Assembly: GCF_004010195.1 (NCBI RefSeq)
Contig: NC_057718.1
Location: 33,627,851 to 33,691,850 of the forward strand
Length of the DNA: 64,000 nucleotides
From: Chiloscyllium plagiosum
Lineage: Eukaryota
Direction of reading: 5' to 3'
In this document: in pieces, positions 21,701-36,100 of the stretch
How positions within the stretch are numbered: position 1 is the first letter of the stretch
How the letters are laid out: each line of letters starts with the position of its first letter
Translations under genes and position numbers: made by a program
The notes under the pieces: model-generated
What the model was told of the DNA's origin: nothing
What the model saw: only the letters and a program-made list of their open reading frames with translations
Databases searched by the model: none

Positions 21701-24700
21701 ATGACCATACATGTGCAAAATAGTAAGAGAAACGAGAGTGAAAAAGTTAAGCATTATTTCACAGAATAAGTAGAAAAATAAAGATAATAGTTAAGATTAA
21801 AGTCTTTCATAGTTTTAACTGGGAAAATGAAAGAATAAGTTAAAAGTTCAACAGTCTTTGAGTCCTCCATTTATCTTGCTCTCCGGGAGACCTCCACTGT
21901 CTATACTTGCTGCTGTTGCAGTTACCATCGCTGCTGCTGAAGCTGCCGCCTCGCTGATCTCCCCTGGTGCCTTGGGGACATGCAGGATATACTTGCATGC
22001 CGAACCAAGACACCATCAAGACCCCCGAGGGACCAGGCCAGGACCCGCCACGAGCCGCCGAGGGACCAGCCCGGGACTTGCCATGGTGAAGGTGAATACC
22101 AAAAAATGGGGGGAAAAGAAGGAAATGAGAAATAAACCTAAGGAGCAGAGGAGCTCTGGTTGGAGCATGCTACTCCTTTGCCATCTTCGTCATCTAAAAG
22201 GTTATTGTGTAAATTGGAGTCCGTAGGAAAGGAGGTAACATTTTAGCATGGATAGAAGTTTGCTTGACTGGCCAGCTGGCAGAAAACGAAGCTTGCATAA
22301 ATAGGTCCTTTTCAGACTTGTAGGATGTGACGGTTGGGTCCTGTTCTGACTGTCAACGTTGCACAGTTTATATCAATTACTTGGATAAAGAGCAGTGAAG
22401 ACTTGGTTGAATTTTTAGATGACGTAATGATAGACAGGAAATTGTGTTGTGAAGATGGTGCAAATCAGTATATAGGTCAGTCTAGAAGGGGGTATTGTTT
22501 AACATGAGAATGACTTCTCAGGACTGAGATGAGAATTTCTTTGAGGATTGTGTGTCTTTAAACTTTTATGTTAGAAGGCAGTGGAGATAGGGCCATTTTT
22601 AAAATGGCTGTAGGTAAATTCTTATTAGACGGGGATCACCAGTTGTTGGGGATAGATGGAAATATTGATTTGGTAAACAAACAAATCAGTTGTGACCTAT
22701 TAAGTGTTGGGGCAGGTTTGAAGAGTTTATTTATGCACTTTAATAAAAATTTTCATATATAGTATAGCATTTGATGTGGAGTTGTCTATCTTGCAATAAC
22801 GTTTTGAATGTCAATGCAATAGTTCTTTTTTCTCGTTGTTAAAACCATAACTTGACAGAAGATGATTAGACCTGGTTGATTGCAGAGCTATTGAAAGTTT
22901 TCAAATTATTAAGAGCAGAGCATGAAAGGCCTAATTACTAAGACAGTTACTTTGCGATTGCAATTGATGATAGAGAATTATTGGTGTGGGACATTTTTTT
23001 CTGTTTCTTGCTACTTTTCATCAGGAAATGAACAAAACAAATTAATACAGAAATATTCTTTATAACTTCCAATTATGGAGCTTTTTTATTATGTTAGTGC
23101 TGTTCTACATTTTGCTGTGTACATTGTATTGTCACTGAGTGTCACTTAAAGAAAAATAACTGAACTTTACTTAGTCTTTTTTCCTGTAAATTTCCTCCGT
23201 CCTCAGATGTGGAGGTGTAACATTAGAATGTCTCAGCCTTCCCTCAAAAATACAATATCAACACAAGTGTGAAAACTCTAGTTGGAAATTTCTGCACAGC
23301 TGGGTCATTTCAAATAGTAAGGTCAAATATAGAATAAGAAATAAATAATAATAAGAGTCATTAAGATAAAGGTAATTGATTATTCGCTCAATTTAACATG
23401 GCAGTAGAGAACTGTCACTTCACAGTTTTAAAATGCCTTCTCTGAAAGTTGTATGTTAATTCAAACTAGCGAACCTGGTTCAAGCATTTAGTGTGATTGG
23501 ATAGCTATAATATGTCACTGATGCTTATATTTTTGGATTGTATTGTGTTTCTTATCTTAAAAGTGAACTTCTTTTGAATTGCTGAAAAGGGAGACTTCAC
23601 TATTTTTGTCTTGCACTCATCATGACACACTGGAATATCAAATTTAAAACAATCACAGCAATTGGCAGAAAGATGTAAGTTAGTTGGCAAATTGATCCTG
23701 ATTGACCTGCTTTAAAAATCAAATTGTGAAATTTTATAAAGATGTACCATTTGTAAATGACAGATTCTCATATTGGAATACGTGAGATCTTTATATTTGT
23801 AACAAGTCAGTATTGAACTTATTTCTGCACTGTCTTTCCAATATTTTTATTCTCCAGTTTGTTGCATCATTTAAATCAATGTTTAGTTATCATATAAATA
23901 TTGGCTATTCTTTCATCCTGCAGGATCTTTGGGATAGAGCCATTTGGCACCTTGGGCAGGGCGGTATAAGTGCAGCTCTTTTCTCTTTTCCAATTGAAAT
24001 TGTACAATTTGTGTATTATTTTGCTGACTGAAAACCACTGACATATAAGAATTTGCTTTCATTAAGTTAGTGTGCTGATGAGTGAGTGATTTGGTGAAAT
24101 ATATTTCAATATTTAGGTTGTTTAACCTTTTCTGATGCTCTAGAATCTGTTTTGCTTGAATTAGGTCCTTTCAACAATCGAGGTGCTCTTGGAGCACTCA
24201 TGACCTGCTTGAGAGCAGCTAGAGCTCAAGGACTGTTGGGCACTGCTGAGGAATCTGCGTGGGATGAACTGATACCCATTAGCCTGATAAAGCAGGCTTT
24301 AGTTCATAAACATGAACAGGTATGTACAGCAGTATTAAATAGGTTCTTAAATTGTGATCTGTGAACTTAAGTTAAATTGTTGTTCTCTGCACGTGATTCT
24401 AAATTTATAATGAACCTTCACTTTAATGTTCCTGAAATTCATGAATACAAAATGGTCTTGGAAAGCACTGCTGGGAACTGCGACTGATCAGGACAAACAA
24501 GTTCCTTTTCGCTCCCAAAAGATGAATGAAGCATGACACTATTGACTCCATTAACCTCCGTTCCATCTCCAGTTGAGTGCAAAGTGTGAAACCTTAGGAT
24601 GTTACTCCATTATTTCAAGTTTCAAGTGAGGAACAGTGTGATTTAGGTTGGAGCCTTCCCCCTGTAACTGATCAGTTGAATTCTATTAAATTGTTCACTT

Positions 24701-27700
24701 GTTTGGGACAGTGACTAAATAGGATTTGAGTATCTGTTCTATTCATTTTGAGCAATGAATAATGGGTTCATCTCTGCCAAAAGATAATATATACCCTAAA
24801 GTTTTGTATTTTGTATCCCCCACTTAACTCATTCAATATCCCTTCATAAAGAGTACAAGTAGAGATTCCGGATGTATGAAGATATCATAAAATGGGAGTT
24901 GATCCGTTTTGGTTTTTTTGATCTTAAGTGATTAAAACTTTGTATTGAAAGTTTGTTTTACGTCATACAAAATGTTCTTGAACAATTTTCACCAGGTAAC
25001 CCTGCAAATCATTGCATTTGCTAGTACTCTGTGCTGGTAAATTGGGCAGTTTCAATAAGTTAAATTTCACACATCGAGATCAAGGAATGTTTTGGATCCC
25101 TAAGCATTAGCAATTGCTTGTTTTCACCTAAATTCTTTGGACTTGAGTTAGGTCTGTTACTTTGAGGAGAGGAGTTGTACTGGTTATTAGGCAGGCAGCA
25201 GCTCCATATGAGCTGAATCTCATTGCTTTGGAAATTTTAAAGCATAATAAGTCTCTGTGCATGTTGTGCACTTAGAGTCATAGAGATGTACAGCAAGGAA
25301 ACAGACCCTTCGGTCCAACTCGTCCATGCCGATCAGGTATCCTAATCTCATCTAGTCCCATTTGCCAGCATTTGGCCCATATCCCTCTGACCCCTTCCTA
25401 TTCATACACCCATCCTGATGTCTTTTTAAATGTTGTAATTGTACCAGCCTCCATCACTTCCTCTGGCAGCTCATTCCATACACGCACTACACTCTCCGTG
25501 AAAATATTGCCCCTTAGGTCCCTTTTATATCTTTCCCATTTTCCTCCCTGGAGCTTGAGATCTGGGGAGTCCTTAAACTGATGTCCCTTTAAGGAACTAT
25601 CAGTGGTTGTGTTTAGAATACTGAGATTGATAATTAGAATTTAATGCTGTCTTGTGTGAAATGGATATATGTTTATGCACAGAGCATTTTAAAAATATTT
25701 CTTTATATTGAACAACTTTGGCTACCTGAACATCAACTTTCCAAATTTCAGATTATCCGAACAAGGTCTTCAGGTCCCTTTTCATGTATTTCAGTTGAGT
25801 TGGGAAAATTCTACTCTACATCCATTTAATGCATCACTTTATGAATTTGAACAGGAATATAGATGCAAACATGCTTTAATAAATAATTAACTTCAAATAT
25901 ATACTCGAGACATGATGTTAGAGTTAAGTCTTACACTTTTTTATAAAAAGGCTCTCCAAAACTTATTCTCTCCAAGGACGAAGGTTTGTGACTGAACCCA
26001 CAAGAACATGCGTGCAAGCCGGAGCTATGCACTGTAACAGCAAGATTCCATCTCAACATTGACTTGCTCCATTTTGCAAACCCAACAGTTTATTTCCTCA
26101 GCTCATTCTCTGGAGAGTTAAGTCAAAAAATGTGCTCGCACTTTTCATTTCCGTTGCTTTTTCCTCCCGTTATCCCATGAAGACTTTTTTTTCCCCAAAC
26201 AAAAAGTAGTTCAATATCTTGCAGCTGACAAGAAAATTTAATGTAACTATTTTTTGATGGTGGAGAGCAAATCGCAGTGAGTTAGCACATATGAAAATAA
26301 ACAGAAGGAAAACTTGGGAGGAAACACGAGGAAGACATTACCCCCCTAAAAGAAAATTGATGAGAGGATGGAAACTGAAGATAGTGAGAAAACCTTCCCC
26401 CTCTCTCGTGTTCCCCCTTTGTGCCGCTCTCTCTAAGGACTTGTTGGTGGGGAGGGAAGGACAACATTTGGTTAGTCTGGACGATGGGACAATACTGAAC
26501 AGAGATGCTGGCTGCTGTTGAGGACAGGATAAACCGAGGAAAATATCAGCAAAACATTTCAGACTTCAGTCAAACTCTAACACAAAAAGTGATTTTATTT
26601 GTAAAATATTATGAATTTGTAAGCAATGTCCAGTGTTTGTACACATTTTATCAATTGAATGAAATAAAAATTTTGGCGTAATTCTATTCACTATTGGAGC
26701 AGTAATCCAAACAAAATACTCCGCGCCTGTCTCGTTCGGATAATTGATTTTGTTCTGTATTTTGTTTTGTGGCATTTCAATTTCTGAATCACCCAGCTTT
26801 AAAACATCCATAAAGCTGAACATACAATGAATTATTTACATTGTTGTGATTCCTATGTAATATTGTTATTGGATATAAGGGTTTGCCTTTGAACTGAATA
26901 ATGGTTCTCAATTGAGAAGCGTTTCCTTTGGTTACACTGTGGAAATGTGTAAATTGTATTCAGGCTCAAAATTGAACAATGAATAACATATCTTGACTAG
27001 ACTGCTCTGTTTATTTGATGAAATGCTCATTTTGAGAAGGGCAGTGAATGATTGATTGCTGCTGGGTTCTTATTACTCATTTTTTTTTATTACAGCAGTA
27101 CAAGCATGAAGTGCTGGTCTAGACCAGGACAATTGACAATTCAGGATTTTTCCTGATGAGTGGTCACATAGATATAGATAGTACAGTATTTGCAAGATAG
27201 GGGAAAACTGTGTAAAATGAAAACATTGAGAAAAGCTTAAAAAAGCCGAATCTTTTGTTTATTGCAGGTCTGTTTAGACGCGTTGGGTTTGATATGTGAG
27301 ACACACTGCAGTACAGAAGCTCTTTCACAACAAGAAATAGCTTTAATCAAGTATTTCCTTCCATATAACATGAACAGTCAGTCACCTGCAATGAGGCAGC
27401 AGATCGTATGGTTAATGAAAAAGGTGGGCCAATGTTTTTGAATTGATTTGGTTATTATTTCTAGCATAACCAGAGGAATTTAAAATTGTGTTTAGATTGC
27501 TTTTGATATTGACCATATCTTTTCAATTTTCTACATAGCTTTTCTCCAGGCTGCGGGACAGTTCCCAAGTGCTTTATAAGCAAACTCAGCCTACTAAGCA
27601 GAAGAATGCCATGTGTGAAAAAAACCCAAAGTCTCAACATGCAGAAATTCAGCTCCAACAATACAAGGTTCAAAATGATTTCATTCAACATTTCAGTGGC

Positions 27701-30076
27701 ATATATAATTAAATGACTTATTTTATGTATAACGAAGATGGGATGTACATAATGTGTAATTCATAGAATCAAAAAATGCAATAGGAGATTACTTGACCTG
27801 TCTTTTCTGTGCTGGCCTGCTGTAGGAGCAATTCACCTAGTGTCTCTAGTTTTTTTCCCAAAACTAGGTAAATAGGTAATTTTCCAAAAATCTCTAGACT
27901 CTGGAAAAGTACTAGAGGATTGGAAAACTGCCTATTCAAAAAAAGAGAGGGAAGTAGAGAACAAGTAAATATAGGCCAATTAGCCAAACATCTGTTGTTG
28001 GAATCCCGTATTAAGGAATGCCTTAATAGCATGTTTTGGAATCTAATCTAGCAGAGTCAGCAAGGTTTCATTGAATGGGAAATCATATCTGACACCGGCA
28101 TATTGGCCCAGTAGTTAACACTGCTGCCTCACTGAACCAGGGACCCAGGTTCGATTCAAGCCTCGGGTAACTGTGCAATCTCCACACAGACATTCTCCCT
28201 GTGTCTGGGAGGGTTTCCTCCGGGTGCTCCGGTTTCCTCCCACGATTCAAAGATGTGCAGGTTAGGTGAATTGGCCATACTTAATTGCCATCGTGTTCAG
28301 GGATGTGTGGGGTTAGGTGCTTTAGTCTGGGTGGGTTAGTCTTCGGAGGGTCAGTGTGGACTTAGAGTCCTAGAGATGTACAACATGGAAACAGACTCTT
28401 CGGTTCAACCCGTCCATGCTGACCAGATATCCCAACCCAATCTAGTCCCACCTGCCAGCACCTGGCCCAGATCCCTCCAAACCCTTCCTATTCATCTAAA
28501 TGCCTCTTAAATGTTGCAATTGTACCAGCCTCCACCACTTCCTCTGGCAGCTCATTCCATACATGTACCACCCTCTGCGTGGAAAAAGTTGCCCCTAGGT
28601 CCCTTTTATATCTTTTCCCCTCTCACCCTAAACCTATGTCCTCTAGTTCTGGACTCCCCCACCCCAGGGAAAAGACTTCGTCTATTTACCCTATCCATGC
28701 CCCTCATAATTTTGCAAACCTTTGTAAGGTCACCCCTCAGCCTTGTTGGGCCAAATGGCCTGTTTTCACACTGCAGGGGTTCAATGGTATATTACAGTTA
28801 CTTGAGGAACTCTCAAATATAGTGGATAGAGGAGAACCAATAAATGGACCTCCAGAAGGCATTTAACAAATCACAAAAGTTTGTTAGCTGTTTACACTAT
28901 GTATTAATGTCTTGAAGGAAGGAAGCAAATGTACTGCAGCTAAATTTGCAGATGACACAGAATAGATATAAACGCAAATTGTGAGAGGGGTACAAATAGT
29001 TTATATTGAGTATTTATAGGTTAAGTAAAGTAGGTTAAAAGTTATGGAGTATAATGTGAGAAAATGTAAAGTTGTCCATTTTGGAAGGGAGATCAAAAAG
29101 TTGTCATTTAAATAGAGGAAAACTGGAGAAACCTGCAGCACAAAAGGATTTGGAAGCACTTGTGCTTTAAACACAGAAAGCTAGCACAAGGATGCAAACA
29201 GGTTCAGGAAGCCTAACAGAATGTTGGCTCTTATTTCAAGGGGTTTGGAGGACAAGAGTAGAGAATTCTTACTATAACTGTGCAAGAAGCTGGTGAGACT
29301 GGAGTACCTTGAGCAATTTGGTCCCCTTATTCGGGGCAAGATATCATTCATTGGAAGCGGCTCAGAGAAGGTTCACTAAGATGCTGTATGGTATGGAGGG
29401 AGTGTCTTATGTCATGGACCAGCCCAGACCCCACAAAACATTTCAAGAAGGTAGCCCAGACCCTAATTTTGCTAGTTGTTTTAAGCAGGTGTATTGTGGA
29501 TATTTCAGGAGAGAATCAGCTGGTTAAACCACTTAGTTTTAAACAAAACCAAACTTATTTATGATCACTGAATGAAACACAAACAACAAAAAACAATACT
29601 CAGTTACCTATCCTATCCGAAAACCCAACAGTCTATGCCAACTTGACGATGCTGTTCCAAATACTTGCAATAATTGCCAAAAGCACCCCTTGGCACAAAA
29701 GGTAAAATCAATCACAAGGTCTTAGAGGATAGAGTGAGTGTAGCAGCCTGGACCTGCTTCTTTTGGTCCACCAGCCTTTTTCCTCTCACTACTGCTAAGA
29801 AAAGAACAAACCAGAGAAAAGTTGAATTCTGAGAACTGGCCACATCCCTTTCATTGTACAAGTGTTTTCTTTAAAATTTGAAAGCCTTCTGCCTGAGGCA
29901 ATCTCTGTTGCCTGTTATCAACCTGGCCCTAAAACCCTTCACCTCCAGGCTTTTTGTAGTTTGTGTCATTGACAATGTCTCTGGGGGGGGAAAGCCAAGG
30001 ACTGCATAACCTTGTGAAAGGAACAGCTTTGTCACACGTCTTTCACTCCTCCTCTTCTCCCGCCCCCCCCCCCCCC

Positions 30077-30117
<41 letters not shown>

Positions 30118-33100
30118 TAAATAAAGGATCATGAATACCCAATGATGGCTTCATTTTAAAACCTCTTTAAAATTGTGTTAGTACTCAAAAACACGCACAT
30201 ACATTACATTGACTATAAACATGCAAAACTACATTCTGTTTCAGTCTGTTGTAGTCCTGCCACTGAACGCCTCCGTTTCTCATTTCAGTACCAATACTGC
30301 ATTGGCAGTCACGTTTTCTGCCACATGCACAATTTTCAAGTTGAATGACTGTAACAACAAGCTTCTAACCAGTTTGGCATCTTTGTTCTTAAATTTCTCC
30401 ACAGACTTCAATGGGTTATGATCCGTGTATATGATTGTCTCATATATATTACTGGTAACATAAACACTGAAATGTTGTAATGCCAACACCAAGCTCAAAA
30501 TCTTCTTCTCAACCGTCGAAATCGTTAAATATTTCTGTTGATAAATGTTCAACCTCCTGGAGAAATATCCGATAGGTTTTTCTACCTTCTCATAGTTTTC
30601 TTACAAGAGCGCAGCACCAACACCCATATCACTCACATTGATAGCCACCTTAAATGGCTTTGCGTAATTAGGTGTGGCTAATACCAGGCAGTGATTAACA
30701 CAGCTTTCGGGCTGTCAAATGCCTTCTGACTATCCACTGTCCACTGAAACCTCTTGCCTTTCTTTAGCAATTCAGTGAGTGGAGCATCCACACTGCTAAA
30801 GTTTGGTATAAATTTTCAATAAAGTTCACTCAATCTCAGGAACCATATTTGTTAATGGTATGGGAAACTCCCGAATTACTCGACCTTTGACAAATTCAGT
30901 TTTAGCCAGGTTTATCACCAAGCCTGCCTTCTGAAGTTGATCGAACAAGTTTGATAAATGCTGTAAATGTGCCTTCCGTGTGTGACTAAAAATTGCCATA
31001 TCATCAATACATACGACACAGTTGGGTAATCCTGCAATTACATTATTGGTTAGTCTGTGAAGTGTGGCTGGTGCATTTTTCATGCCAAATGACATGGCTT
31101 TAAATTGATATGGTCCATTTGGCATTACGAAAGCCAAAAATGCCTTTGCACTTTCTGACAAATTGTACCTGCCAGTATCCTCTGAGCAAGTCCAACGTGG
31201 AAATATAAGTCGCTTGTCCCACCTTCTCAACACAGTCTTCCAAACGTGGATTTGGATATGCATCAGTCTTTGTAACTGCATTGACTTTACGATAGTCCAC
31301 ACGTAACTGTTGGGTATCATCTAATTTTGGCACCATTATTATGGGTGAGCTCCAGTGACTGTAACTCACTCCAATTCTGTTTTCTTGGAGCATGTGTTCA
31401 ATCTGCTTTTGAACCTGTGCCAGCCTTAGAGGGTTATGCCTATAATGATTTTGCTTAATTGGCACAGCATCTCCTGTATCTACATCATGCATAATTAGGT
31501 TTGTATTTCCCAGCTTATTTTCACATATCTCCCCATGTGATAGTAATAACTCTTTCAGGTCATTTCAGTTTTCCTTTGGAAGGTAACTCAATAGTTTATC
31601 CCATTTTTTCAATTTAATTTGAGGAATGTCCAATCCAGAATCCTCTGAACTTGGTTCTTCACTCTGTGCGCAACCCTAACACATTCTCCTCTTGCTTTCC
31701 TTGCCTGTCAAAGTACCTTTTGAGCATATTCACATAACATACTCTGAGATTTCTTTGTGTCTGAAGTCCCTATCAAGTAGTTCACCTCACTCAATTTCCT
31801 TTTGACTTGATAAGGTCCACTAAATCTTGCTTTTAAAGGTTCACTTATCACTGGAAGTAACCTTATCCCCAATAGCAAAATTGTGAATTTTTGATTTCTT
31901 GTCTGCTTCCTGTTTCATTGTATGCTGTGATGCTTTCAAAGTGACCTAGCCAACTCCCCATCACTATTTAATCGTTCCCTAAAATTTGACACATAGTCCA
32001 AATATGTCATCTCTGAATTCTGACTTGCCAGTTTCTCCTTAATCGTTTTTAACAGTCCTCCCACTTCATGCCCCAAAACTAATACAAGTGGACTGAATTT
32101 GGTAGATTCATTTGGTGTAACTGATCACAAACAGCACAAACGGAATTCCCTTATCCCAAATCATCTGAATAGTCTTGACTATAAGCCCTCAACATGGTCT
32201 TTAATGTCTGATGCCACGTTTCTAGGGCTCCCTGTGATTCTGGATGGTATGCAATAGATTTGAATTGTTTTATTCCTAAGCTGCCCATATCTTCATTGAA
32301 TAATTTTGATGTGAAGTTTTACTCTTGATACAATTATATCTCTGTTGGTAATCTGTATCAAGTGAAAGATTTGAGTAACTCCTCTACTATCCTTTGAGCT
32401 GTGATATTGCATAACTCTGGAAATCAGGTCGACACATCCATTATTTTTAACAAATACTGATTCTCACTTTTTTTGTTTGAGGTAGGGGACCTATGATATC
32501 AATTAAGATTCTTGTGAAAGGTTCCCCAAATGCACGAATTGGTGTTAAAGGTGTGAGTTTCATTATTGCCTGTGATTTTGCCTCAGATCTGACATGTCTG
32601 ATTATGTCTGGCAAAATTCAGCTACATCCTTGTGCAGTCCAGACCAGCAGAAATGTTTTTGTATTTTAGCTTGTGTTTTCCTCACTTCTAAATGACTCCC
32701 AAGTGGTGGCTCATGCACCACTTTCAACACCTCCTTTCTATACCCCACTGACAATATGATTTGATGAACTTCTGCCAATTTCTCATCTGCGTGAAGATGT
32801 GATTGTCTCCATTTCCTCATTAAGACATCATTTTAAGATAATAACATTCAGGGATACATTCAGGTTCCTTTTCCGTGTATGCCTTTTGATACAGTTGCTT
32901 TAAGTTTTCATCTGTGACATCTAATGTCTGCTGTGTCATCTATCTGCTCCTGGTTTGTGCCAACCATCTGATCAAACAGGGTCTCTGTTAATTCCACTTC
33001 AACTTTCTTATCTGTACTCTTTGATCTCTTGTGTTTCAAATTGTGACTTTGTGACCTCGTTACCATACAGTCAGGAAACATTCCAGGATATGTGTCCTGC

Positions 33101-36100
33101 AATAGTTCCGTTGCTTGAGTTTCCACTGGCTTTTCAACCACAGTAGGCAGTACTCCTACCAGTGAATCAGCTATATCATTAGCAAGGACCGATTGTATTC
33201 CTGGAGCTGAAAGTTTGTCCAGTACTTCTACCACAAATTCTCCACTCTTCACTGGACACTGTAACCTCACTTTACATAATTTGCACTTGTTGTCTCACCG
33301 TGAATTCCTGTTACTCGCACCTTTTCTGGCAATAGTCCTTCAAGAGTACATACCACCTCAATTTTCAGCGTCACAGACTAAGAGGATCCGGTGTCTCTTA
33401 GTCTTTTTACTTGCTGCTTCTGGCCTATGTGAATAAACTTTACCTTTGCAAGTATATGGCTTAAGAAGATCTGACACTTTCTCCTTAACCCAACCTCCAA
33501 CCAGCTTGTACATCCTGGTGCAGCTTTCTTGCCTCCACTTTGCTTTCTGTTATCATGCCAACAACATTCACTAGCTTATCCTGTTTTCCTACATCTGACT
33601 TCCCAGTGCTTCTCCTAATCCACCAACACTATGATTTCCTGAGGTGTTCTTTATTGCAATGAAAACACCAGAGCCTTTGTGGGCGGCACGGTGGCACAGT
33701 GTTAGCACTGCTGCCTCACAGCGCCAGAGACCCGGGTTCAATTCCCGCCTCAGGCAACTAACTGTGTGGAGTTTGCACGTTCTCCCCGTGTCTGCGTGGG
33801 TTTCCTCCGGTTGCTCCCACAGTCCAAAGGTGTGCAGGTCAGGTGAATTGGCCATGCTAAATTCCCCGTAGTGTTAGGTAAGGGGTAAACGTAAGGGTAT
33901 GGGTGGGTTGCGCTTCAGCGGGGCGGTGTGGACTTGTTGGGCCAAAGGGCCTGTTTCCACACTAAGTAATCTAATCTAATCTAATCTAATCTCTGCCCCC
34001 TAAAGAGTTTCCTTTTTACCATGTGGTAAATTATCCTTATGATCATCGCCGAGATCTACCTTTCCCTTTCCACGTAAGGATTTCTCTATTTCCCCAAAAT
34101 TTCTATCCCTCACTGATTTGAAATTACTTCTGGAAGCCAAACTTTGCTTAATGTACCAACTCTGAATCATCAGCCATTTCAGATGCTAATCTTGCTATTT
34201 TAACTCTCTGCTCTTCAACATGAGTTCTCACTACTTCAGGAAGTGAATTTTTGAACTCCGGTCTAAGTGCCAATTTCTGAATTCAAACTCTCTTTCCTTT
34301 CCCCTTTCTCCCGCTCCTAATTGCATTTCCCTGTCTTTTGCCTCTTCATTTGCAATTGAATTTTAGCCATCTCTAAAAACTTTTTATTTCCAGCAAATTT
34401 AAATGCTGAGCTACTGCAGTAATTATCTCTCCTGTCCTCATGGAAGAAGGCAGTTCCAATTGCAGCTTGTCTGCTAATTCCAGCAGCTTGGTCTTAATCA
34501 TCTTTTGTAAAGCCCCCAAGGTCACTTCTTCCACCCCCAGGAAATTCTTGGTGACTGAAATAGCCATTGCTTATCCCAAACACTGTTTAAACCAACCAAA
34601 ATCAACACCCAGAACAAGAGACATTAACACCCTACCACTTGCAGCCTTCAAGTCCAACAGACCTAATCCCAGTTTGGAACTATAGAACAAATCCCGCAAT
34701 GAGCCCCCAATCTATGAACCAGGCCAGACCCCTCAAAACATTTCAAGAAGGTAGCCAAGACTCTAACTTTGCTAGTTGTTTTAAGCAGGCGTAAAGTTCG
34801 TATTCCATGAGAGAATCAGCTGGTCAAACCACTTAGTTTTAAATAAAAACAAAATTTATTTACAAGATTACTGAATGAAACACAAACAACAAAAACCAGA
34901 ATGCTAAGTAACTTATCCTGTCCAAAAACTCAACAGACTATCCCAACTTGATGATGCTGTTCCAAATACTCGCAACAATCCCTGTAAATACCCCTTGGCA
35001 CAAAAGGTAAAATCAAACACAGGGTCTTACACCATAGAAGTCAGAGACCTGCGTCTTTGGGACCAGCAGCCTTTCTTCACATAATACTGCTTTAAAAAGA
35101 AATCAGACCAGACAAAAGCTTAGCTCGGTGAACTGGCCGCACCCCTTTCACTGTACAAGTCTTTTCTTTAAAACTTGAAAGCCTTCTAGCTGAGGCAGTC
35201 TCTGTTGGCCATCATCAACTTGGCCTTAAAACCCTTCACCTTCAGACTCTTCTGAGTCTCTGTCATCTACTACCTCTGTGCAGTCCTTGGCTTTTTTTTT
35301 CCCAGTCTTGTTTTTTAAAAAAAAAAGCTTTGTCACATTTATCAGCAAAGGCTAAGTATGTTGAGACTCTTGTCACTGGAATTTAGGAGAGGTACGGTGG
35401 CACAGTGGTTAGCACTACTGCCTTACAGTGCCAGACCTGGGTTCAATTCCCGCCTCAGGCGTCTGTGTGGAGTTTGCAGATTCTCCCCGTGTCTGCGTGG
35501 GTTTCCTCTGGGTGCTCCAGTTTCCTCCCACAGTCCAAAAATGTGCAGGTTGGGTGAATTGGTTATGCTAAATTGCCCTTAGTGTAAGGTGAAGGGGTAA
35601 ATGTAGGGGAATGGGTCTGGGTGGGTTGCGCTTCGGTGGGTCGGTGTGGACTTGTTGGGCCAAAGGGCCTGTTTCCACACTGTAAGTAATCTAATCTTAA
35701 ATAAAAGTAATCTAATTGAAACATGAAGCATTCTTAAGGGGATTGAGAGGATGTTTCCCCTTAAGAGAGAGTTCAGGACTAAAAGGCATAGTATCAGAAT
35801 AAAGGGGTGCCAATATGAGACTGAGATGAGGAGGAATTCCTTCTGAGGGTTGAGTGTCTTTGGAACTCCTTGCCACAGAGCTGTGGGAGCAGAGTCCTTG
35901 TGTCTATTTAAGGCTGAGATAGATTCATGATCAGTAGGGGAATCCAGAGTTGTGGGGAAAAGGCAGGAAAGTAGACATAAGAATGTCGGATAAGCCCTAT
36001 TGGATGGCAGAGGCTTAAAGGGTCTGAACAGCCTACTACTTTATGCTACCTCTCTATACTCAGGCACATTCGTTCTTTCGTTCTTTCTTTCGTTCTTTCT

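Larger units (their letters stand above)
29410..35337 (-). mobile_element. Gypsy/Ty3 LTR retrotransposon of the Gmr1 type (gag - INT - RT - RNase H order), decayed
   Basis: LTRs 29410-30036 and about 34712-35337 with outer TG...CA; flanks ctta/ttta. Integrase zinc finger HEPPLGSHL...FCQTCQI at about 32.6-32.8 kb. RT WSSPIIMVPK, RVDYRKVN, LDLLRGYWQV, CIDD at 30.8-31.5 kb. RNase H IYTDHNPL at about 30.4 kb. Confidence 0.93.
27880..36040 (+). mobile_element. Decayed CR1 LINE ORF2 interrupted by SINEs and the Gypsy element
   Basis: aaatttgcagatgacaca (KFADDT) near 28942; LEAAQRRFTKML; the host sequence resumes at 35342 after the LTR element. Confidence 0.7.

Noticed and set aside
33678..33760. 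tRNA gene
   Set aside because: The A/B boxes belong to a SINE head followed by a V-domain and tail; no cloverleaf acceptor stem is evident.
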